A stretch of DNA of 60,341 nucleotides, the filler included, from Globobulimina sp. (taxonomy: Eukaryota), in the NCBI GenBank assembly GCA_003354225.1. It is 13 parts of 13 records of this genome, joined end to end, with 100 filler letters (N's around TTAATTAATTAA, not from the genome) between each part and the next. Parts side by side here need not be neighbours in the genome. Positions count along the whole stretch, not along the records: positions 9,307 to 13,858 come from PIVH01001127.1; positions 13,959 to 18,510 come from PIVH01001128.1; positions 18,611 to 23,162 come from PIVH01001129.1; 10 more parts are not named here. One strand, 5' to 3'. Below are positions 12,401-21,439 of this stretch, piece after piece (positions within the stretch are counted from its first letter, which is position 1; each line of letters starts with the position of its first letter). The translations under genes were made by a program, and so were the position numbers. The notes beneath the pieces were generated by a model that saw only the letters and a list, made by a program, of their open reading frames with translations, did no database searches and was not told the DNA's origin.

Positions 12401-13744
12401 AGTTATCCACCAACAGGAATTATAAACGTTTGGAATGCTTGTTATATCAATGCAATATTACAAAGCATATATTTCAATGCACCAGTTAGGAATGGATATA
12501 TTAATCGCTACAAATCATTGCCTAATATTTCATTGTCATATAATTGTGGCTATCTCTTTGAACGTATGCTCAATGTACGGGCTAATTATGAGTTAAATAA
12601 AAATAAACGTCGTAGCCAACCAGCACCAATTGTATCTAACCAAAAAGTTGTCAATTGTCTCAATAATAATTTTGGTGGCGATGTAGCATATAATTCTGAG
12701 GATTGCTGGTTATTTTATGTTCAATTTACAAACAAATTAATTGAAGAAGGCCAGCACTGGAGTACTCAAACAGGAAATACATTCAATTGGAATAAAATTT
12801 GTAAAGTGGTGATTGATGGCATAATTAGTGATCTAAACAATTCTGGATTACAAGAACTGCGCTCCGCTGTCAATTATACTGAAGCAGATATTATACCTAA
12901 TATAGATTTGGATATTCCATTTGATAATCTCAATGATAATTTATTATATTTTATTCGTGAGATAGAAACACATAAAGATCACATTACTGGGTATAAACTT
13001 GGAAATGATGGAGAAATTGAGTTGGATGATAATAACCAACCTACGCCAATTGAAGAACGACTTTCATATAAATATTATCCGTGTTTTATATCATTGCCAT
13101 ATTTGCTAATTATTAGGTTAAAAAGATATTCAATTGATCCAGAAACAGGAGCCAGAAAGAAAGATAATAAACGTGTTTATTTTCAAAACAATTTTAATTT
13201 CAACCCATATGTTTATCAAAATAATGGTGTATTATCTGCACCAAATGATAAGTTTCCACATTATCCATTGGATGGGCCATATAAATATAAATTAAAGTTT
13301 GTTATTTGTCATTCTGGAGACGGGAATATTCAACAATTTGCAGGTGCAAATAATTCCCGTCGAATGCGTAGCAATAAAAATAAAGCAGGCGGTCATTATG
13401 TTTGTTTTGTGATTCTTGAAAGTGGTTCGTTTTTATGTAATGATGATTGGATTCGAAACGCACCACAAAATTATTATGATTATATGTATGGAGGTACTGG
13501 TGAGGGAAGTGCATATATATTGGGATATTGCCAGGAAAATATAGTAATTGATCCTTTGTTTAGTATGGATAATATACTAAATATAGCAAATATTGATATT
13601 GATACTACAAACACAAATAATATGGATGCGAATAGTGATGTTGTTGAGGATGCAAATTCGGATATTGATTCAGATGATAATAATTCCATACAGACACATC
13701 CTTATAATCTCAGATCAAGCAATAAGCGACGTAGACTTAATTGA
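9443..13744 (+). CDS. Transposase (HTH + DDE) - SWIM zinc finger - USP/C19 deubiquitinase fusion, about 1340 aa reconstructed; introns 9649-9819 and 10829-10941; two 1-nt frameshifts (about 9503-9506 and 10251)
   Basis: HTH-like region ICTGFNLTQL..LTVWRHNLSYDM/AAILFG. DDE residues in GVGDATYIY, FVNDRGY and (across intron 2) EANAGRCVTKIRNVIERVFARIKKW. SWIM motif CVCPNGTKTSGCCVHC. USP Cys box GIINVWNACYINAILQ, LPYLLIIRLKRY, His box YKLKFVICHSG..GGHYVCFV, CNDDWI and SAYILGY. Confidence 0.85.
11985..12110 (+). repeat. 12-bp coding minisatellite (TCCAACAATGAT-like) encoding an Asn/Ser-rich linker
   Basis: About ten degenerate units encode ESNNESKNNSNNESDNNSNNHSNNHSNNDSNIDSNNDSNND between the SWIM and USP domains. 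Confidence 0.85.
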
Positions 13745-14031
13745 TTTTGTCATGGCTGTTTGTATTTGTTTCTCGAAAACCTCAAATTGACTCTACTTCA
13801 TGGCCTCATTTGAAAGTCTTGTGCACCAGCAAAAGATCTAAGTCTTATTCTGGTAATGNNNNNNNNNNNNNNNNNNNNNNNNNNNNNNNNNNNNNNNNNN
13901 NNTTAATTAATTAANNNNNNNNNNNNNNNNNNNNNNNNNNNNNNNNNNNNNNNNNNNNGGGTTTGTATGAGTATGCATAAGGGTGGATTTTATTTCAGAC
14001 GGTTACTGTTGAGAGTACTTTTAAAAATCTG

Positions 14032-14121
14032 AAAATCTCAAAACTGAACCCTTTGAACCAATCTACAGGGAAAGTATATCTTACCCCAATAAAAATCTGA
14101 CGCTGAAGACCGGATGCTCTT
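14032..14121 (+). repeat. Dispersed intergenic repeat modules shared with contig 5
   Basis: AAAATCTCAAAAC..AACCAATCTACAGGGAAAGTATAT recurs at 19169-19216 and partly at about 19548-19575. CAATAAAAATCTGACGCTGAA..CCGGATGCTCTT recurs inverted at 19085-19123 and in the same orientation at about 20847-20869. Confidence 0.85.
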
Positions 14122-14300
14122 AATTACAAAATTAGTTTCTGAAAATCATGTACAAAACTCGTTTCTGAAAATTTTTTGTGTTTTGTTTTCGTCGTTTTAC
14201 CTTAAAAGGTTAGTACAACAACAATTTATTTTTTTTTGAAACCTAATTTTTTTATTAATTGAATTAATTATGAAATAACGAGAGAAGTTTTTAATTCTGA

Positions 14301-14808
14301 TCAAGGAGACAATGTATGAATAGAATAAAATGATTCTGCATACTTATGACGATTGGATGGTATGTCATGGTCAGAATTTCTATTTTTGTTTTTCGTTTTC
14401 GTTTTCGTATAAACATAATCTGCATCAGATAAGGAAGAGAAAGCTTGTAATATTTTCTTCGAGTCTTTTCTTGCGAATCCCAGTTTCATCAAATCATATT
14501 TGGAACATTCATTTAAGTATTCACCATCAACTTTGTTGTTAAATATTATTTTCCGATACGCTTTTTTGCTACGTTTGGAATCACTTAACAAGGAAACAAA
14601 TACAGCAACTTCTTCCACATTCCATTCAAATAATGGTTTATAGTGCTGTGCATACAAAAGAATCATTCATCGCAAATAACATTCAACATACAACAATTTA
14701 GCATACCTTCTGTTTTTTGTAATCCTTATAAGCGTGTACTCCCATCCAAGAAGCCAATGCACTCGAAAAAATGCCTAGAGCAGCACCTGCTGTGCTAAGT
14801 AAAATCAT
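14301..14808 (-). CDS. Small SAM-domain protein with N-terminal hydrophobic anchor; intron 14646-14706
   Basis: Exon 1 MILLSTAGAALGIFSSALASWMGV splices in frame to EWNVEEVAVFV..YRKIIFNNKVDGEYLNECSKYDLMKLGF (SAM signature). Confidence 0.75.
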
Positions 14809-15089
14809 TTTAACAACTTACTGCCAAGCCAATTATGTTGAACACAGACAGTATAAAAGAAAATGACGCTAAAAATAGGAATTATTTTGTTATTTATAGT
14901 ATACCAATCATGAAATATTTCCGCTGAGAGTACGTCAAATATCTGAAATTGTTAGCGGATTGAGATTTGTTCAGATGATTATCCCTGATATTGCACCATT
15001 GTCCAAGTAGAGTAAAATTGGAAAACTGACTAGAACAATAAATAAAAAGCAAATCTGAACGAAAACAATTATTTGTGTGCAAGGATAGA

Positions 15090-16085
15090 TTAATAATCAG
15101 CATCGTCGTCCTCTGATTTGGACTCAAGTATTTCGCTGTTAGTACTTGTCACTGTGTTGGGGGTCGTATTTGTATTTGTATTTAATGTGTTGTTATTTTT
15201 TAGAAACGGTTTTTTATTTATTTTATATAATCTGCGACTTGACATTTTCCTATCCCTCCTATCAACATTCCGGGTCGCCAACCTATCCACGATCTCATCG
15301 AAAGACTTAAACTGCGCCATAATATATTCCGCGCCGGGCCTACAATCCTCATCGTCGTTGCTCTCCTCATCCTCGTTTGTATCATCTAAACGCGATAAAA
15401 AGCGTTGCAACGCAGTGGAAAATCTTTGAAAAAACTCATCAATCAATTTCTTGGCTAAATTGGTGGCAGTTTCTGGTTTGCAATTTATTCCATAAAATAT
15501 AGCACACACAAACTCGCCGTGGGCGTTATTTTTGTTGCTTTTGTTATTCTGTGCAATATTAATATTTGTTTCCTTTTCTTCACATTCGTCGCCATTGCTG
15601 TCCATTGCCATCGCTTTGGCTTTCTTCAAATATTGTTTTTCTTTTCGGGTTTGGTAATCAATTTGTTTGGTGGCCATAACCATTTCGGTCTGGGCCTGTC
15701 CAAAGACCATGGACGATATTTTCGTATTGATCGCCTTTTTCGGCCGGGCTAAAGTACCAAAATGCGGCGTAAATTTCACTGTAAAGTTACTTTGCCGGTT
15801 TTCTGCTGGTTTTTGAAATGCGGCTTTAAACACTGCGCCAGTATCAATGGAACGCGATATCTGCGAGAATGACTTCAATAATTTGATCAGTTCGTCTCTC
15901 ATCGAACGTTCTTTCTTCGTACCAGACACTGGGAATTTTATATTCATTGCATATGCATCTTCGTCGTATTTTTCGTCACTGCTCATCCATAAGTCTTCGC
16001 AATCGGGACGAATACGATCATATAAACAACGCGATGAATTAATATGAATGACACACACTCGCGAGATGTAATTTCCTCTCGACAT
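15090..16085 (-). CDS. Hypothetical protein (331 aa)
   Basis: Long ATG-started ORF, globular segments separated by acidic/Asn-rich linkers; no family recognised. Confidence 0.65.
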   Translation of the reverse strand: MSRGNYISRVCVIHINSSRCLYDRIRPDCEDLWMSSDEKYDEDAYAMNIKFPVSGTKKERSMRDELIKLLKSFSQISRSIDTGAVFKAAFQKPAENRQSNFTVKFTPHFGTLARPKKAINTKISSMVFGQAQTEMVMATKQIDYQTRKEKQYLKKAKAMAMDSNGDECEEKETNINIAQNNKSNKNNAHGEFVCAIFYGINCKPETATNLAKKLIDEFFQRFSTALQRFLSRLDDTNEDEESNDDEDCRPGAEYIMAQFKSFDEIVDRLATRNVDRRDRKMSSRRLYKINKKPFLKNNNTLNTNTNTTPNTVTSTNSEILESKSEDDDADY

Positions 16086-16170
16086 GACTCAAGTCGAAAG
16101 TTTTCAGATTAATTTCACAGCTTAAATAAACCTTTTTGTCACAGGAATTCAATTATATCTTTAAAAATCG

Positions 16171-17361
16171 TTGGCAGAATCATGTAATCAAAAGAGAAAA
16201 TATGTCAGTGAAGATCAACCACAATCACCACGTCGAAAAAAACAAAAATTTATTACCCAATCAACATCTCTTTTAGCGATTCCTGCTGACAATTTATTCA
16301 TAGTATCAACAGAAAATCGAGATGACGCATATGTTGGTGACATAACATTTAATATAATGGATATTGTCCATACAAAACTAGCTTCATTTACAGCAAAATG
16401 GGATTCTCAATATAGACATATTAAATTTGAAGATAATTTTGATGATGATTCAAATTCTGAGTTTGTAAGCAGATTTTTTAAAACCTATTCTCATTCAATT
16501 GATTCAACTTTAAATGGATTTGTGCAAATTGCATTTTTTAAAGTATTAAATTATATTTTTGATTACAAAAACAAGAGTTTTTCGACTGTTGTATTTCCGT
16601 CAGATTTTATGCAACGTCATCAAATTAAATTGGGTGACAATTATCGTCCATATATTGTTGGAAATGAATATTATTTTCTACGAAATAGAGAAGCCAATCC
16701 ATTATTTAATAAATACAACGTAGAATCATATGAATGTACTCTGTTAATTCGTGAGAGCTCAAATCGAAATAATAAATTTATTTCAAATTTAAATAATTGT
16801 AAACCAGCACTCAAAAATGCAATGAAATCTGAACAGAGATTATGGAATAGTATTGATGGCATTTTAGGTATAATAATGGAGTATATTCCAGATGGGCTGG
16901 AATTTCAAAGGCAATGTATAATTACAAAAACTAGTTGTATGAGTCCTGATGATGGAAAAGTAACGATTTATTTTGATTTTCCGATAACATTCGTTGCGCA
17001 TAACTCCATTCAAATGGATATTCCATTCAAATTGAGAATAAATGGCACCAGTATCACAGGATCGGGCTTTTTCTTTTCCAATGATCACCGTGACGATAAA
17101 TTTAGGCTCAATAAATACGCGGATTCAAATAACAAAGGCCAGTTTTATATTCGTGATCATGACGTGTTAGTTTGGGAAAATTTGCAAACTCGATGGGGTC
17201 CTCAATGTAATTATAGTTATTATGGTTATTTATCTTTTGAAGATAACATTGAAACTTCGAGATCTGGCTTAGAAATAGTAAATATAGAAGATGATAATGT
17301 CGATAATTCGGATAATTCGGATAATTCGGATGATGATTCATCGGACGAAATTAGTATATAA
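16171..17361 (+). CDS. Hypothetical protein (396 aa), apparent TTG start
   Basis: 1.2-kb open frame in AT-rich DNA with an N-terminal NLS-like PRRKKQK and an acidic tail; no family recognised. Confidence 0.6.
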   Translation: MAESCNQKRKYVSEDQPQSPRRKKQKFITQSTSLLAIPADNLFIVSTENRDDAYVGDITFNIMDIVHTKLASFTAKWDSQYRHIKFEDNFDDDSNSEFVSRFFKTYSHSIDSTLNGFVQIAFFKVLNYIFDYKNKSFSTVVFPSDFMQRHQIKLGDNYRPYIVGNEYYFLRNREANPLFNKYNVESYECTLLIRESSNRNNKFISNLNNCKPALKNAMKSEQRLWNSIDGILGIIMEYIPDGLEFQRQCIITKTSCMSPDDGKVTIYFDFPITFVAHNSIQMDIPFKLRINGTSITGSGFFFSNDHRDDKFRLNKYADSNNKGQFYIRDHDVLVWENLQTRWGPQCNYSYYGYLSFEDNIETSRSGLEIVNIEDDNVDNSDNSDNSDDDSSDEISI

Positions 17362-17583
17362 AAGATCAACAAAGAACTAATATGTAGTGTCACTTGTGGT
17401 ATTATTTAAATTTTAAAGTAGCTTTGTTTCACTCTGCTGTGGATTCCATCAAATTTGCCTAGCAATTTTGGTTTGTGCATCGTTCGTGTGTTATTTGTAT
17501 AAAATGAAGAAACAGAGAGCTAGAATTTTCATTATAGTCATTAAGATGAAAAGTTTTGTTTTGTTTGTAATTAAATCATTTAA

Positions 17584-18510
17584 ATGCTTTTAACAATGCA
17601 GTTTCTTGATCCAATTGTGATTGGATTATTATCATGCACAGCTATTTCAATTGTGGTGTTAATTATTTCTATATTTTGTTGTAGAAATATAATTATACCA
17701 AATGCTGAGCATGTTGTGTTGGAATTACGTCGTCCATATTTTGTATCATATGTTATTATAATAATCTCAGTCAATATGTTGTTAAGATCAATTATTGCTT
17801 TATTATTGTACAATTCATTTATCTCAAGGGCCATTTTTCGTGAATTACTTTGGTTTTTAGCTATATTTGGTGAAATGCTGTGTTTGATGCAAAGGTATGC
17901 CTTTATACAGATTAAAAACATACGGTTTATGTGTTATAAAAAAAACACAGAATGTATTTCCTGGCATACGATTTAAAACAGATTAAATACAAAGAAAATA
18001 AATTATTCTCCAAATATTTGCAACGAGGCAATGATATCAAACAAACATTAAGTTTAATGAGTCAATATACACAAAAAAAACTAAAGTCAACATCGCCGTC
18101 ACTACCTCCCACTTCGTACAATTTATCATTAAAAAAACATAAGACAGCAAATATACTGAACAATGATATTCAATTTGATGTGAAATCTGCCTCCTTTTCT
18201 GAGAAAATCTTGTATTTTAATCAATACTTTGGCAATATCAAAATAATGACATTAATATTGTTCTCAATATTGGTATTTATTACATTTTTGCCTGGCTCAT
18301 TTGTGTGTATTTTCAACCAAATCGAAGATACGTGTTATAATTTTCAAGTTTATACAACCAGCATATTGGCATTAGGCTTAATAATTTCATACTCATTTTT
18401 TATAATCGGTATAAATTATACTAAATCGAATGAAGAAACTGTTTGTAATTCAAAAGAAAAACAGAACATTAATTGTGAAAGCACGCATTTATCAAATTAC
18501 GACGATTATT
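17584..18510 (+). CDS. Multi-pass membrane protein (GPCR-like topology possible); intron 17895-17950; 3'-partial
   Basis: At least five hydrophobic helices. The GT-AG intron joins LMQR to MYFLAYDLK in frame. Confidence 0.6.
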
Positions 18511-18900
18511 NNNNNNNNNNNNNNNNNNNNNNNNNNNNNNNNNNNNNNNNNNNNTTAATTAATTAANNNNNNNNNNNNNNNNNNNNNNNNNNNNNNNNNN
18601 NNNNNNNNNNTGTTTAATAATTTTTGGAATTTTGTTGCATGAGCTTTTTTAGATCGTTTTTTTGCTATTTATTATGTACATTTTATACGTTTTTTTTGAA
18701 ATAGTATTCTTAAGACAAATTTAACCAAGACCAGTACCATAAAACAGATATAATTGACAATACATACTACCAAATGTTCCAAGATATCGCAGTAAGTGGA
18801 AGTGAAAATAAGTCACAGCAAAAGATAACAGAAATACTACTAGGAACACACATAGACCCTGACCTCAAAAAATGAGCGATACATTTTTTTCAATTATCTG

Positions 18901-18985
18901 AGAAACGGTTTGCTATAGATTTGCTTGGATTTGCACTTGGTTTATTATAACTTTGTCTTGGGTTTGCAAATCCAGCACAAAGTCA
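18901..18985 (-). repeat. Copy of a palindromic dispersed element also found at 56241-56321
   Basis: AGAAACGGTTTGCTATAG..TTATAACTTTGTCTTGGGTTTGCAAATCCAGCACAAAGT aligns to the reverse complement of 56241-56321. Confidence 0.8.
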
Positions 18986-19615
18986 AAACAAATTGATAAT
19001 TGAATTTTCGGTATACAAAGGGCTGGGGTTATCTTTTTAATATATCGTCACTCTTTTTCAATTTTTGTGCCGTCGCGCTTTTTCAAGAGCATCCGGCCGG
19101 TTTTCAGCGTCAGATTTTTATTGTTTCTGAGAAAACCGGATACACCGCATACAACTAATTAACATAACAAAATCTCAAAACCAATCCTTCCAAACCAATC
19201 TACAGGGAAAGTATATATAAATTATAAAATACTTAGAACGTTAACAAAACACAACAAACCAATTACAAAGAACGTTATCAAATATTCAAATTAATAATAA
19301 AAAGATAAAAAAAAAATAAAAATAATAAAAAAAAAACATTCGGATTTAAAAAAAAAGCATTAAAAAAATCATAAGTACACACATAATAATAAAAAGGATT
19401 CAATACACAATAAAAGATAAAAAAAAGGCATTATTAAAAAAAGTCATAAGTACACACACAAACTGAAACAATAATAATCGTTTTCACACAAATACAAGGC
19501 ATAATACTAAGCGTTTTCACACATTCACACAAACCACAATCACTCCAAACCAATCTACAGGAAAAGGGAAAGTATTGTTACATCGGACTCAAAACGAGAG
19601 GAATCGGCCAATAAT

Positions 19616-20662
19616 TTATTTATTACAATTGGTATATCTTTCTGCCACATAATACCAATTGATATGATATGAAATAAAAGCATGATAAGTATGAATCCAT
19701 CGATCAATGGGCTTGGAATAACTGTGATAAAACGATGTGGATTTTAATTCTTTTTCTAATCGATGACTTTGGCGAAATAAATCATTGCAAAAATCAATTG
19801 TATGGTTTACAGTATCTTGCAATGGCGATTGCGGATATTTTTCTTCATGTTGCAACATAATGAAATTGAGGCCAGTATTTTCTTCAATATCTTTGTTAAA
19901 ACCCAATATATCATTGACCAAAACCGCGTGTTTACAGCATAAGGATTTCATTTCATTCATTATTTCATTTTCATTGATTAAAGATACAACTGACGGTTTC
20001 TTAAAAGTATCATTGAATTCGGGATATAATTGGTACATAATACTCAATAATGACATGAGTCCGATATCAGATTCTCTAATTTGTAAATATTCGTCAGATT
20101 GCAATCGAAAATGTGTACATGCTCTATTTTTATTTGTATGTTTATTAGATTTTTTATTTTTAGTTTTATTTTTTATACCATTCATACATTTCAGTCCACC
20201 TAAATACGATTCAACATCAACTAAAAATTGATTATTTATGGCGACATTATTTTGCTTAAAAATATCTTTGTAAAAATCATGAAACATATCAACTGCAAAA
20301 TATTCTCCTTTTTCTGTATTAACGCCGGTTTTAATAATATTTGATAATATTTCTGCTTGAGATTCACAAAAATCATTATCGAGCATATCATCAAATTGAT
20401 CATCAAAATAGAAAAACCATATATAATATTTTAATGCTGACAATACTTTTTCATCGGATAATTCTGTAAATACGTGTTCATTCGCTATGTAACTGCTATT
20501 TTTAGCACACACATCGATATTATTTGTAAATCGCGCGGCCCAGTTTGCGGTTAAAGCACCAAATAAACCATTTCTTCTTAAACTTTCATTTGTTGTTAAA
20601 TTCAATTTTTTAGGAAGCCAGAAAGCACTTTTCAACGGTTGTGCAATTTTCTGAAATTTCAT
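19616..20662 (-). CDS. Class I microbial-type terpene synthase (single alpha domain), intronless
   Basis: FFYFDDQFDD (DDxxD), YLQIRESDIG (pyrophosphate-sensor Arg), LVNDILGFNKDIEE (NSE/DTE variant) and WYYVAERY (WxxxxxRY). First ATG at 20662 (MKFQKIAQP), about 348 aa. Confidence 0.88.
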   Translation of the reverse strand: MKFQKIAQPLKSAFWLPKKLNLTTNESLRRNGLFGALTANWAARFTNNIDVCAKNSSYIANEHVFTELSDEKVLSALKYYIWFFYFDDQFDDMLDNDFCESQAEILSNIIKTGVNTEKGEYFAVDMFHDFYKDIFKQNNVAINNQFLVDVESYLGGLKCMNGIKNKTKNKKSNKHTNKNRACTHFRLQSDEYLQIRESDIGLMSLLSIMYQLYPEFNDTFKKPSVVSLINENEIMNEMKSLCCKHAVLVNDILGFNKDIEENTGLNFIMLQHEEKYPQSPLQDTVNHTIDFCNDLFRQSHRLEKELKSTSFYHSYSKPIDRWIHTYHAFISYHINWYYVAERYTNCNK

Positions 20663-20900
20663 ATACAATGAAACGTTGTTTAGGTCTTGGATAGGAATGA
20701 AGAATAGAAGAAGTTGGAGTAAAGTTTTCAAAGTTTTGAAGTTACGGACTGTATCTGCTACAGCTTTGTGTTGTTGTTTTGATATAGAGCATCCTGTCAA
20801 AGCAAACCGTTTCTGGTGACTGGCAAATGTAAAAATTATATAGGTTTGACGCTGAAAACCGGATGCTCTGTATATACCAAATCAGGTCTTGGACCATTAT

Positions 20901-20972
20901 AGTTTTTGCTTTTAGTTCATTTAATGAATCAACATTTAAATTTTCTATTTTCACTAACATTTGACTGCTTCA
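20901..20972 (-). repeat. About 72-bp dispersed repeat; other copies at 27914-27984 (+) and partial 21351-21373 (+)
   Basis: TGAAGCA(G/C)TCAAATGTTAGT(G/A)AAAATAGAAAATTTAAATGTTGATT..AAATGAACTAAAAGCAAAAAC is near-identical in two different contigs. Confidence 0.9.
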
Positions 20973-21042
20973 CTTTCTAAGTAACAATGTGCGATCAATG
21001 GCACCTAATATTATATACTTTAGAATAGGACGTGTTAGAAAG

Positions 21043-21127
21043 TATCGCTTAGCTCAAGAAGAGCACTGGAATGCCAGGAATGGATGGATATATCCAGTAG
21101 ATTCAGGTTCAAATCCTGAAGCGATCC
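21043..21127 (+). pseudogene. tRNA-like sequence (intron-containing tRNA pseudogene or SINE head); isotype unclear
   Basis: Acceptor stem ATCGCT/AGCGAT, D stem GCTC/GAGC with a shortened loop lacking GG, anticodon stem CTGGA/TCCAG interrupted by about 15 extra nt, and a perfect T arm TCAGG-TTCAAAT-CCTGA (B box). Confidence 0.7.
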
Positions 21128-21439
21128 CAAACCAAGCAATTAAAAACAGAGACGATATTGTGTGGATTTAAATAATTAAAATGTATTTGGTGGTAATAAT
21201 CAGCCATCAAATACCAACAAAGAAAGAATATGATGATGGCCTTGGCGACGATTGGTGAGGTTAATGGGTGAAGGCCATGCTCGCTAACTATTAATTTACA
21301 GATAAATTACAAAAGTTTTTTTTTCTTTAATTATCAAAGCGTTCATTGATGAAATGAACTAAAAGCAAAAACTCTATTATATACTTTCATGGGGATTTCA
21401 GTGACAGCGTATTAACAAAATGTGTTTCCGGATTGTCGA

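Larger units (their letters stand above)
9368..13829 (+). mobile_element. Candidate PIF/Harbinger-group DNA transposon with imperfect terminal inverted repeats
   Basis: The DDE_Tnp_4-type transposase gene is bracketed by inverted blocks: CTGGTGCACA / GGCCATG / TTTAAGGTTTTC at 9368-9413 and their reverse complements at 13775-13829. The element fills almost the whole contig. Confidence 0.75.

Noticed and set aside
18901-20870. Inverted motif pairs around the terpene synthase as transposon TIRs
   Set aside because: The two motif pairs are not nested in mirror order, and the same motifs occur on other contigs. They are treated as dispersed modules.
21230-21277. ATGATGA followed by a TGGCCTT/AAGGCCA stem, suggesting a C/D snoRNA or hammerhead ribozyme
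   Set aside because: No suitably placed CTGA D box and no CTGATGA..GAAA hammerhead core.
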